Of a stretch of DNA of 64,000 nucleotides, positions 47,199-56,219 are shown in pieces. Position 1 is the stretch's first letter. Each line of letters begins with the position of its first letter. This stretch comes from an uncultured Christensenella sp. Its GTDB lineage: Bacteria > Bacillota > Clostridia > Christensenellales > UBA1750. The stretch covers positions 28,811-92,810 of the forward strand of contig CAOKIU010000001.1 of the NCBI GenBank assembly GCA_948468595.1. The letters are read 5' to 3'. The translations under genes and the position numbers were made by a program. A model generated the notes under the pieces. That model saw only the letters and a program-made list of their open reading frames with translations. It searched no databases and was not told the DNA's origin.

Positions 47199-47234
47199 CT
47201 CTACCCCAAGCAAAAAAGAGAGAAGGAATTTTCC

Positions 47235-48689
47235 ATGCGCAATCTAACCATGCTCACCGACCTTTACCAAATGACCATGATGAACGGCTACATCATGTCC
47301 GACTCCACCGACCGTGTGGCGGTTTTCGACGTGTTTTACCGTCAGAACCCGGGCGGAAGCGCGTTTGCCGTGGCCGCAGGTCTGGAGCAGGTGATCGATT
47401 ACATCAAAAATCTGCACTTTGACCAGAGCGATATTGACTACCTGCGCGGGCTCAACCTGTTTGACGAGCGCTTCTTCGACCAGATCAAGGACTTCCACTT
47501 TACCGGGGAGATCTACGCCATGCCCGAGGGCACGGTGGTCTTCCCCTACGAGCCGCTTCTGCGCGTCAAGGCGCCCATTTTCCAGGCGCAGCTGCTGGAG
47601 ACGGCGATTCTCAACATCATCAACCACCAGACGCTCATCGCCTCCAAGGCCGCGCGCGTTTGCCAGGCCGCGCAGGGCGACTTGGTGATGGAGTTCGGCC
47701 TGCGCCGCGCGCAGGGACCGGACGCGGGCCTCTACGGCGCGCGCGCAGCGCTGATTGCGGGCTGCGGCTCCACTTCCAACGTGCTGGCGGGCAAGATGTT
47801 CGACGTGCCGGTGGCGGGCACCCACGCGCACAGCTGGGTGATGTCCTTCCCCGACGAGCTGACCGCCTTCCGCGCCTATGCCGACGCCTACCCGGACGCC
47901 TGCCTGTTGCTGGTGGACACCTATGACACGCTGGGCAGCGGAATGCCCAACGCCATCAAAGTCTTTCACGAGCTGCGCGCCAAGGGACACGAGCCGCTGG
48001 GCATCCGCCTGGACAGCGGAGACCTGGCCTACCTCTCCCGCCAGGCGCGCCGGATGATGGACGAGGCGGGATTCCCCAAGGCCAAGGTCTGCGCCTCCGG
48101 CGATTTGGACGAAAACGTCATCTGGGACCTCAAGCAGCAGGGCGCCTGCATCGATAGCTGGGGCGTGGGCACCAAGATGATCACCTCCGACGACTGCCCG
48201 GCGCTGGGCGGCGTGTACAAGATGAGCGCCGAGGTCATCGACGGCGAAATCGTGCCCAAGATCAAGATCTCGGAAAACCCGGTGAAGGTGACCAATCCCG
48301 GCATTAAAAAGGTGCAGCGCATCTACAACCCGGAGGGCATGGCCATGGCCGACATCATCATGCTGGAGCACGAGGTGATCGACGAGAGCAAGCCCCTGAC
48401 CATCTTCCACCCGGTGGACACTTGGAAGCGCCAGACCTACACCGATTACACCATGCGCGACCTGCTCGTGCCGGTCTTTGTGGACGGGAAGTGCGTCTAC
48501 AACTGTCCCACGCTCAAGGAGATCCAAGCCTACTGCAAAAAGGAGATCTCCACCCTCTGGGAGCAGTATCGCCGCAGGCTCAATCCCCACGTCTACAAGG
48601 TGGACCTCTCCTACGAACTGTACGCCTTGCGCCACAAGCTGCTCAACCAGGCGCGCACCGAGGTGGACGACCTGCCCAGGCTGCAATGA
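47235..48689 (+). CDS. pncB: Nicotinate phosphoribosyltransferase
   Basis: Contains LTDLYQMTMMNGY, GLRRAQGPD and GTHAHSWV. 484 aa. Confidence 0.9.
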   Translation: MRNLTMLTDLYQMTMMNGYIMSDSTDRVAVFDVFYRQNPGGSAFAVAAGLEQVIDYIKNLHFDQSDIDYLRGLNLFDERFFDQIKDFHFTGEIYAMPEGTVVFPYEPLLRVKAPIFQAQLLETAILNIINHQTLIASKAARVCQAAQGDLVMEFGLRRAQGPDAGLYGARAALIAGCGSTSNVLAGKMFDVPVAGTHAHSWVMSFPDELTAFRAYADAYPDACLLLVDTYDTLGSGMPNAIKVFHELRAKGHEPLGIRLDSGDLAYLSRQARRMMDEAGFPKAKVCASGDLDENVIWDLKQQGACIDSWGVGTKMITSDDCPALGGVYKMSAEVIDGEIVPKIKISENPVKVTNPGIKKVQRIYNPEGMAMADIIMLEHEVIDESKPLTIFHPVDTWKRQTYTDYTMRDLLVPVFVDGKCVYNCPTLKEIQAYCKKEISTLWEQYRRRLNPHVYKVDLSYELYALRHKLLNQARTEVDDLPRLQ

Positions 48690-48728
48690 TCCCGCGCCTT
48701 GCCGCGCAACTACGATACAACCGCTAAT

Positions 48729-48779
48729 GAAGATCAAACGACGCGCGTCCCAGCTCGGGGCGCGCGTCGTTTGATCTTC
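48729..48779 (+). terminator. Long stem-loop after pncB
   Basis: Perfect 19-nt arms gaagatcaaacgacgcgcg / cgcgcgtcgtttgatcttc. No T-run follows. Confidence 0.5.
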
Positions 48780-48880
48780 AGCCTGTCTAGGCCTGGCGGG
48801 AACTTCCCAAAGGGCGAAAGATGATGTATAATGAAAGGCAGCGAAGAAAAATCTGTTGGCGCAAAAAGGGAGGGAGACTC

Positions 48881-49765
48881 ATGTTTAGAGGAATTGAGCA
48901 CAGCGACTCCTGGAGCGAAATCACCCCTGTGACGGCAGGTTGGTCGGGAGATGAAAAGTACCGCGTCCGCGCCCCCGAAGGGGAGCTATTGCTGCGCATC
49001 ACCGCTAAGGACAAGGCGGCAAATCGCGAGCGGGAATTCCAGACCCTGCGCCTTTGGAACGGCACGCCCCTCAACATCCCGCGCGCCGTGCGCTTTGGCC
49101 CGTGCGAAGGCGGGGTGTACACGCTGCTGACCTGGGTGGAGGGTCAGCCCGCCGAGGAGCTTCTTCCCTCTCTTTCCGTTGCGCAGCAGCGCCGCGCCGG
49201 CGAGCAGGCGGGCGCCATTCTGCGCCAGCTGCACGCGCGCCCCGCGCCCGAGGGCACGCCGGACTGGGCGGAGCGCTTTGGCGCAAAGATGCGGCGCAAG
49301 GTGGAGCTCTACCGCGCCTGTCCGTACTCCCTTCCCTCCTGCGACGACTTTGAACGCTATGTGCTGGACAACGCGGCGCTGTTGAACGGTCGGCCCTCCA
49401 CTTTTCAGCACGGGGATTACCACGTGGGCAACATGGTGCTGGATGCGCAGGGCCGCTTGGGCGTGGTGGATTTCGACCGCATGGATTGGGGCGATCCCTG
49501 GGAGGAGCTGAACCGCATCACCTGGTGCGTGGAAAGCAGCCCTGCCTTTGCCAGCGCCATGCTGCGCGCCTACTTCGGCGGCGAGGTTCCGGACGCATTC
49601 TGGCCGCTGTTGGCGCTTTATATCGCCAGCAACCAGCTCTCCTCCATCCCCTGGGCCATCCCCTTCGGCCAAGAGCAGGTCGATGTGATGGTGCGCCAAT
49701 GCGAGGAGGTGCGCGCCTGGTATCCCGGCGCATACGGAGCCACCCCGCCCAACTGGTATTGCTGA
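48881..49765 (+). CDS. Aminoglycoside/choline-kinase-type phosphotransferase (APH) family protein
   Basis: Brenner motif HGDYHVGNMV and DFDRMDWGDPWEEL. Start at 48881 with GGGAGGGAG upstream. Confidence 0.75.
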   Translation: MFRGIEHSDSWSEITPVTAGWSGDEKYRVRAPEGELLLRITAKDKAANREREFQTLRLWNGTPLNIPRAVRFGPCEGGVYTLLTWVEGQPAEELLPSLSVAQQRRAGEQAGAILRQLHARPAPEGTPDWAERFGAKMRRKVELYRACPYSLPSCDDFERYVLDNAALLNGRPSTFQHGDYHVGNMVLDAQGRLGVVDFDRMDWGDPWEELNRITWCVESSPAFASAMLRAYFGGEVPDAFWPLLALYIASNQLSSIPWAIPFGQEQVDVMVRQCEEVRAWYPGAYGATPPNWYC

Positions 49766-49794
49766 CCCAAGAGACGAAATGAGGTGTTCGCTTT

Positions 49795-50634
49795 ATGAGA
49801 CTGGGAATTTCTCATGTTCTGAGGCATGAAACGCCCGCGGAATGGGCGCGCGCGCTCGGTGCGCTGGGGTTATCGGCGGCGGTCTTTCCCGTGGACTATA
49901 CCGCTCCCGACGCCGTGATTGCGGATTACGCCGCGGCGTGCCGGGACGCCGGCCTGCTCATCGCGGAGGTGGGCGCTTGGAGCAATCCCGTTTCCCAAGA
50001 CGCGGCCGAGCGCGAGGCGGCGCTGCAAAAATGCGTCGGACAGCTTCGCCTGGCGGAGGAGCTCGGCGCGCGCTGCTGCGTCAACATCGCGGGCGCCTTT
50101 GGCGGAACGCGATGGGACGGCTTTCACCGCGCAAACTACACCCCCGAGGCTTTTGAGGCGACGGTTCGCTCCATCCAATTCATCATCGACAGCGTTAAAC
50201 CGCAAAGGACCGCCTACTGCATGGAGGCCATGCAGTGGATGATCCCCGATTCCCCGGAGCAGTACCTGGAGCTCATCCGGCGCGTGGACCGCGAGGCCTT
50301 CGCCGTTCACATCGACATCACCAACTGGGTCTATACGCCCCGAAACAATCTTTACAGCCATGAATTCATCGATCACGTCTTTGACCTTCTGGGCAGCGGC
50401 GTGCGCAGCTGCCATCTGAAGGATTCGCTGCTCAATCCGGGAATGACCAGCCTGCTTGAGGAGGTTCCCGTTGGCTTGGGCAACCTGGACATCGCGCACT
50501 ACATCCGCCGCGCGGAGACCCTCTCCCCCGACCTGCCCATGATCATCGAGCATTTGACGGGCGACCAAGCGTATCTTGAGGCCGTGGCGCGCGTCAAGGG
50601 CATTGCGGCGGACGCAGGCGTCGCGCTGAAATGA
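49795..50634 (+). CDS. Sugar phosphate isomerase/epimerase (xylose isomerase-like TIM barrel)
   Basis: 279 aa. Family resemblance only; the substrate is unknown. Confidence 0.6.
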   Translation: MRLGISHVLRHETPAEWARALGALGLSAAVFPVDYTAPDAVIADYAAACRDAGLLIAEVGAWSNPVSQDAAEREAALQKCVGQLRLAEELGARCCVNIAGAFGGTRWDGFHRANYTPEAFEATVRSIQFIIDSVKPQRTAYCMEAMQWMIPDSPEQYLELIRRVDREAFAVHIDITNWVYTPRNNLYSHEFIDHVFDLLGSGVRSCHLKDSLLNPGMTSLLEEVPVGLGNLDIAHYIRRAETLSPDLPMIIEHLTGDQAYLEAVARVKGIAADAGVALK

Positions 50635-50645
50635 GGAGGAAGAAC

Positions 50646-51410
50646 ATGATTCGCTTGGGCATTTGCACGTCCGTCGAAAACGCGCCGCTGATGCAGCGCT
50701 TGGGCTATGACTATGTGGAAATGGGCATGACGCAGGTGGCGCGCATGACGGAGGCGGAATACGCCGCCTGCCGGGCGGCCGTGCGCTCCGCGCCGCTGCC
50801 GGTGGAGGCGATGAACGGCATGATTCCCGCCGACTACCCCTTGTGCGGGCCGGAGGGAACGGGCGCGCGCGTGCGCGCGTACCTTAAGACCGCCTTTTCC
50901 CGCGCCCAGGAGCTGGGGGTGAAGGTCGTGGTCTTTGGCTCCGGCGGCGCGCGCCGCCTGCCGGAGGGCATGCCCCTTGCAAGGGGCTATGCGTATCTGG
51001 CCGCCTATCTGGACCTGGCGGGGGAAATGGCGGCGGAGCACGGGCTGTCCATCGCCATTGAGCCGCTGCGCGCTAAGGAGTGCAACCTCCTCCACCATGT
51101 GGCCGAGGCGCAATATCTGGCCGGGCGCGTGGGCCGGAAGAATGTCGGCGCGCTGGCCGACCTCTATCACATGATGGCGGGAGGCGAGGCCGCCACCGCG
51201 GTGGAGCTAGGCGTGATCCACTGCCACATTGCCGAGCGCGCGTCGCGCGCCTATCCAAGCGCGGGCGATGGGTCCGAGGCGGACTACGCGGACTTTTTCG
51301 CACGCCTGAAAAAGAGCGGGTATTCGGGCTGCGTCAGCGTCGAGGGCACCTGCCAGGACTTTGCCGCGGACGCTATGCGGGCCATGGAACTGCTCAAGAC
51401 CTACAGATAA
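50646..51410 (+). CDS. Sugar phosphate isomerase/epimerase (xylose isomerase-like TIM barrel), second copy
   Basis: Start at 50646 with AGGAGG 6 nt upstream. Family resemblance only. Confidence 0.6.
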   Translation: MIRLGICTSVENAPLMQRLGYDYVEMGMTQVARMTEAEYAACRAAVRSAPLPVEAMNGMIPADYPLCGPEGTGARVRAYLKTAFSRAQELGVKVVVFGSGGARRLPEGMPLARGYAYLAAYLDLAGEMAAEHGLSIAIEPLRAKECNLLHHVAEAQYLAGRVGRKNVGALADLYHMMAGGEAATAVELGVIHCHIAERASRAYPSAGDGSEADYADFFARLKKSGYSGCVSVEGTCQDFAADAMRAMELLKTYR

Positions 51411-51426
51411 AAAGAGGGGAAACAAA

Positions 51427-52581
51427 ATGGATTACAAGCTTTTGGAGGGAATTGACCGCCGCAACACCCAATGCCTCAAGTGGGATAACTGCGCCCCGGA
51501 CGTGCTGCCCATGTGGGTGGCGGACATGGACTTCCCCTGTGCGCCAGGCATCATGGACACGCTCAAGGCGCGAATCTCCCACGCGGCGCTGGGATACACC
51601 CGGCGCGCAGAGGACGACGACCGCGCCGTGATCGACTACTACGCCCGCCACCACGGCATGCGCATTGCCCGGGAGGACATGCTCTTTACCCCGGGCGTGG
51701 TCAAGTCGCTCCTGCTCTCGGTCCACGCGCTGACCCTGCCGGGCGAAAAGGTGCTCATTCAGCCCCCAGTCTACGGCCCCTTCACCCGCGTGGTCAACCT
51801 GGCCAAGCGGCAGCTGGTGGAAAACCCTCTGCGGGAGACGGAGAGCGGCCGCTGGGAGATGGACCTTGAGGACCTGGACCGCAAGCTGGAGGGCTGCAAG
51901 CTGATGCTGCTGTGCTCGCCGCACAACCCCACCGGCCGCGTTTGGGAGCGCGAGACGCTGCAAAAGGTGCTGGATCTATGCAAAAAGCATGGCGTCTACC
52001 TCGTTTCCGACGAAATCCACTGCGATTTTGCGCTGGACGGACATGTGCATACATCCGTGCTGACGCTCAAGGGCGCGGACCACGGCGTGGCGGCTGCGGT
52101 CTCGGCCACCAAATCCTTCAACATTGCGGGCCTGGACCACTCCACCTTCCTCATTCCCGATGCGGACATGCGCGCCGCCCTTGCGGAGAAGGCCGCGGAA
52201 ATCGGCATGGGCGGCGGCAATCTGCTGGGCGTGCTGGCAACCACCGCGGCCTATACCGCCGGGGACGAGTGGCTCCGCCAGGTCAAGGAGATCATCCTTG
52301 AGAACCGGAACATGGCGGTGGAGCAGCTCACGCGCGCGGGGGCGAAGGTCTATCCCAACGAGGGCACCTATCTTTGTTGGCTGGACCTGCGCGCCTTTGG
52401 CAAGGACTGCAAAACGCTTTCTCAGGAGCTCAACGAGAGGGCGAAGGTGCGCTTGAACGCGGGCACGGATTTCGGCGCCGCGGGCGAGGGCTTCATGCGG
52501 CTCAATCTGGCCGCGCCGCCCTCCCTTGTGGCGGAGGGGCTTAGCCGCATCGCCCGGTACCTGGGGGAACTACAGGCGTGA
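51427..52581 (+). CDS. PLP-dependent C-S lyase / aminotransferase class I-II (MalY/PatB-like)
   Basis: Contains DRRNTQCLKWD, MWVADMDFP, CSPHNPTGRVW and SATKSFNIAG (PLP lysine). Confidence 0.8.
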   Translation: MDYKLLEGIDRRNTQCLKWDNCAPDVLPMWVADMDFPCAPGIMDTLKARISHAALGYTRRAEDDDRAVIDYYARHHGMRIAREDMLFTPGVVKSLLLSVHALTLPGEKVLIQPPVYGPFTRVVNLAKRQLVENPLRETESGRWEMDLEDLDRKLEGCKLMLLCSPHNPTGRVWERETLQKVLDLCKKHGVYLVSDEIHCDFALDGHVHTSVLTLKGADHGVAAAVSATKSFNIAGLDHSTFLIPDADMRAALAEKAAEIGMGGGNLLGVLATTAAYTAGDEWLRQVKEIILENRNMAVEQLTRAGAKVYPNEGTYLCWLDLRAFGKDCKTLSQELNERAKVRLNAGTDFGAAGEGFMRLNLAAPPSLVAEGLSRIARYLGELQA

Positions 52582-53141
52582 AGGTGATCTTTCTGGACAC
52601 GGAGTACAGCTCCTCCAGCGCGGAACTGGCGCAGCTGGCCTACGTGCTCGTGGATGGCCAGACCCGCGCGTGCAAAAACTTCTTTTTTCGCGTGCGGGAG
52701 ATGGACGAGGGTTCCCTGCGCGTACACGGGCTGACGCGCGAGTGGCTGGAGGAAAACGGCAGGGATTGCGCCAGCGCGCGGGATGAAGTGCTGGGCGACT
52801 TTTCCGGGGCCACGCTGGTGGCGCACAACCTCAACAGCGACAAAAAGGTTCTGGAAAAGGCATTCGGTCCCCTGCCCAACCGCTTTGGCATGTGCACGAT
52901 GTATCGCTTTGCGCGCGTGCTGCGGCTGCCGGGCGGGCGGCCCTACAAGATGCCCAGCCTGCGCGAACTGATGGCGCATTACGGCGTGGAGGACGCGGCG
53001 GTCGCGGCGCGCGTTTGGGCGGATTTCGCCAGCGCCGCCGCCGCGCACGACGCGCGCTTTGACGCGGAGGCCGTCTGCCAGTGCGCGCTTGCGGCCATGG
53101 CGCGCGGAGACATACGCAATCTATTGAAGGGAGAGGATTGA
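52578..53141 (+). CDS. DEDDh 3'-5' exonuclease (DnaQ/epsilon-like)
   Basis: Exo I FLDTE, Exo II VAHNLNSD, Exo III HDARFDAE. The GTG start overlaps the upstream stop (GTGA). Confidence 0.7.
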   Translation: MKVIFLDTEYSSSSAELAQLAYVLVDGQTRACKNFFFRVREMDEGSLRVHGLTREWLEENGRDCASARDEVLGDFSGATLVAHNLNSDKKVLEKAFGPLPNRFGMCTMYRFARVLRLPGGRPYKMPSLRELMAHYGVEDAAVAARVWADFASAAAAHDARFDAEAVCQCALAAMARGDIRNLLKGED

Positions 53142-53142
53142 C

Positions 53143-53823
53143 ATGCAGAACCAATGGAAGGTGGAGACGCACGCACACACCGCGGAGGTCAGCCTTTGCG
53201 GCAAAATGCCCGCCGCGCAGATGGTGCGCGCGGTCAAGGACGCCGGATACGACGCGGTGATTGTGACGGATCACTATACGCCGGAATTCTTTGAGAATGC
53301 GCAGAGCGGGGCCGACTATGCCCAGCGCCTTGTGTGCGATTACTATGCAGGCTACCGCGCCGCGCATGAGGAGGGCGAGCGCATCGGGCTAAAGGTCTTC
53401 CCCGCGCTGGAAGTGCGCATCGCCGCGGGGCCCGAGGATTACTTGATCTACGGCGTGACGCCGGAGGAGCTTGTGGATCTGGGCTGTCTGGCCTTCTTGC
53501 CGCTGGAAAAACTGCTGGAAAAAGTGCACAGCACGAAAAACGGGCTGCTGTTGCAGGCGCATCCCTTCCGCGAATACCTCACCTGCCAGGCGCCGGAGCG
53601 GATGGACGGCGTGGAGGTGTGCAACGCAAACCCTCGCCACGACAGCCACAACGATCGCGCTCTCGCCTTTGCCAAGGCGAACGGCCTGCTCATGTCGGCG
53701 GGGTCCGACGTGCATCAGGTGGGGGATGCGGGCGGCGCGGGCGTCCTCTGCCCGCCCTTCCGCGACATTGCGGAGTTTGCGCGCCTGCTCGCCGCCGGTC
53801 AGACCACTTGGTTTTGCGGCTGA
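53143..53823 (+). CDS. PHP domain metal-dependent phosphoesterase
   Basis: Contains ETHAHT and VIVTDH, plus later H/D ligands. It starts 1 nt after the exonuclease stop. Confidence 0.7.
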   Translation: MQNQWKVETHAHTAEVSLCGKMPAAQMVRAVKDAGYDAVIVTDHYTPEFFENAQSGADYAQRLVCDYYAGYRAAHEEGERIGLKVFPALEVRIAAGPEDYLIYGVTPEELVDLGCLAFLPLEKLLEKVHSTKNGLLLQAHPFREYLTCQAPERMDGVEVCNANPRHDSHNDRALAFAKANGLLMSAGSDVHQVGDAGGAGVLCPPFRDIAEFARLLAAGQTTWFCG

Positions 53824-53864
53824 CGTCCCCGCTGAATCTGTAAAGAGCGGCTTTTCCATAAAGG

Positions 53865-53900
53865 GGCCTCCGCGCAGTTAAACTGCGCGGAGGCCTCTTT
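53865..53900. terminator. Bidirectional stem-loop terminator
   Basis: GGCCTCCGCGCAGTT / AACTGCGCGGAGGCC followed by TCTTT. Confidence 0.8.
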
Positions 53901-53913
53901 GCGGCGGTTCTAA

Positions 53914-55485
53914 TCAGGAATCGAGCTTTGCCAGCATGCTGCCGAACCCCCGGCGGATATTATGCCTTTGCACCAACAGCGATAGGGCGACGAGCGCCGC
54001 GTCCAGGACCAGGAGCGCGCCGGTCCACATCGACAGGCCAAAGATCAGGCCCGCGACCACAAAGCCCGTCAGCATGGTCGCCAGCACGCTCATGCTCTGC
54101 TTGACCACGGCCGTCTCCGTCTGCCAATCCAGTTTGGGCATTTTTAGGTTGAAATACAAGCCCGTAGCCGCGGAGAACAGCGCGCAGGCCAAGGGCGTGA
54201 CCAGGGCCGCAACCGCCTTAATCGGCGGCAAGCGCAGCGCGAAGACGAGGATCGCCGCGCTGATCAAGGCGGCCGGCGCCGTGACCAGCAGATTGACGGC
54301 GATCTTAGACCACAGGTAGGCCGCGGTGCGCACCGGCATGGCGCGCATTGCGCAGAAGGACTTGCCTTCCAGGGAAATCGCGCAAGCCGTGGTGGAGCTC
54401 ATCACCACAAACAGCGATAGGATAGCCGGCACAAACGTCTGCATGTACTGGGCGATCATCGGCGTGTCCATCATGCTCTCCAGCTTTTGCGGGGAAATAA
54501 CAGCCAGAAAGAAGCTGAACAGGAGCATCAGAATCGCGCCGAATCCCGTGTTGAGCACGTAGATGGGGATGGCGAAATACCGCTTGAGTTCATGGCATAT
54601 CAGCGCCTTGCGGGGCGTGCGCACGGCCTGCGGCCGGTCCCCGCCGCGCGCGCGGCGGGCACGCGGCGTGAGCAGGACGGCCAGCCTGTCGTAAAACGTG
54701 GAGATCAGCCACGCGCTGAGCGCAAAGCAGCCCGTGCAAAGCAGCGCAAAGCACAGCGTTTCCAGCGCGCCGCCCATTGTCGCCTTGTAGAGAAGCGAGA
54801 AGGGGAAAATCCCGGCAAGGCCGTCAATCATGCCCGCAATCCCGCTAAGATCGCCCTGCGCGATGGTGAAATTGAGGGAAAAGCTCAGCGCCATGACCAG
54901 GCCAAAGAAGGCAAAGCCCGCGATGATATTGATCGCCTTGCTGTGCATAAAGCGGGAGGTGACGCGCAACAGCAGGCATCCCAGCACCGCGCTGATCGAA
55001 ACCGATAGCAGCGGCGAGAGCAGGGCGCAGAGCGCAAAGCAGAGCACCGGAACGGCGCCAGGTTGGGCCAAGACGGCATACACCGCCACCGCGGGCAGCA
55101 GAACCAGGTAAGCCGTCACCGCGTCAAAGGAGGTCAGCACCAGGATGCGCGAGGCCACCAAGGTGCGCGTGGGAATGGGCATGGCCAAGAGCGCATCCTG
55201 ATTGCGAAACTTAAAGAGCACGTTTTCCACGCGGAAGGTCGTCGTTATCAGGGGAAAGACCAGGGAAAGGGCGAGGGCGAGCATGGGCAAAACGTCCAGC
55301 GCGCCCATTTGCTGGAGCAGTTCGGCAATGCCAAAGAGGTATATCCCCACGCAATAGAGCACCGCCACGCCCACCAGCACCGGCCGGAGGGCGGCGCGGC
55401 CGGCGCCCTTTTGCCGGTGTAAAAAGCGGTTGATCCCATAAATGGACATCAAGTCCGGCTTCATCAATTGAAACAGCGTCTTCAT
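53914..55485 (-). CDS. Large polytopic ABC exporter permease (putative ABC-exporter family)
   Basis: 523 aa with many TM segments. Its start ATG overlaps the ATPase stop as ATGA at 55482-55485. The 580-aa ORF in the track is over-extended. Confidence 0.65.
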   Translation of the reverse strand: MKTLFQLMKPDLMSIYGINRFLHRQKGAGRAALRPVLVGVAVLYCVGIYLFGIAELLQQMGALDVLPMLALALSLVFPLITTTFRVENVLFKFRNQDALLAMPIPTRTLVASRILVLTSFDAVTAYLVLLPAVAVYAVLAQPGAVPVLCFALCALLSPLLSVSISAVLGCLLLRVTSRFMHSKAINIIAGFAFFGLVMALSFSLNFTIAQGDLSGIAGMIDGLAGIFPFSLLYKATMGGALETLCFALLCTGCFALSAWLISTFYDRLAVLLTPRARRARGGDRPQAVRTPRKALICHELKRYFAIPIYVLNTGFGAILMLLFSFFLAVISPQKLESMMDTPMIAQYMQTFVPAILSLFVVMSSTTACAISLEGKSFCAMRAMPVRTAAYLWSKIAVNLLVTAPAALISAAILVFALRLPPIKAVAALVTPLACALFSAATGLYFNLKMPKLDWQTETAVVKQSMSVLATMLTGFVVAGLIFGLSMWTGALLVLDAALVALSLLVQRHNIRRGFGSMLAKLDS

Positions 55486-56195
55486 TCGTCCACCAGCTCC
55501 AAAAAAACGTCCTCCAGCGAGCGGTCGTGCAGGATCTCGTGCATGCCGCCGGCGCAGAGCAAGCGCCCCTCCTTGATGATGGCCACGCGGTCGCACAGCT
55601 TTTCCGCCACGTCCAGCACATGGGTGGAGAAGAAGATCGCGCCGCCGCGGCCGCACAGTTCATGCATCATCTGCTTTACGGTAAAGGCGGCCTTGGGGTC
55701 AAGGCCCACAAAGGGCTCGTCCAGGACCAGCAGCTTGGGCTCGTGCAAAAAGGCCGCCACAAAGGCGAGCTTCTGCTTCATGCCGTGCGAATAGCCGCCG
55801 ATCAGCTCGGCCAGCCGGTCGTAGATCTCCAGCTCCTTGGCGTATTGCTCGATGCGGCGCCGGCGGGTTTCGGCGTCCACCCGGTAGATGTCGGCGACAA
55901 AGCGCAGGTACTGCCACCCGGTCAGGTGGTCGTAAAGATCGGGATTGTCGGGGATATAGGCCAGGATGCTCTTGCAGGCAAGGGGTTCCTGGGCAAGGTC
56001 GTGCCCGTCGATGGTGATTTCCCCGCCATCGTAGGCGAGCGCGCCCACCACGGCCTTGATGGTGGTGGTCTTCCCCGCGCCGTTGTGGCCGATAAAGGCG
56101 AAGATCTCTCCCGACGCCACCTCCAAGGAGAGGTCGTCCACAGCCGGGCGCGAAGCCCCGCGGTATGTCTTGGTCAAGTGCTCTATTTTCAGCAT
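55482..56195 (-). CDS. ABC transporter ATP-binding protein
   Basis: Walker A GHNGAGKTT, signature YSHGMKQKLAFV, Walker B LLVLDEPF. Confidence 0.9.
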   Translation of the reverse strand: MLKIEHLTKTYRGASRPAVDDLSLEVASGEIFAFIGHNGAGKTTTIKAVVGALAYDGGEITIDGHDLAQEPLACKSILAYIPDNPDLYDHLTGWQYLRFVADIYRVDAETRRRRIEQYAKELEIYDRLAELIGGYSHGMKQKLAFVAAFLHEPKLLVLDEPFVGLDPKAAFTVKQMMHELCGRGGAIFFSTHVLDVAEKLCDRVAIIKEGRLLCAGGMHEILHDRSLEDVFLELVDE

Positions 56196-56219
56196 GGCAG
56201 GTTTCCTCCAAAGGGCGAC

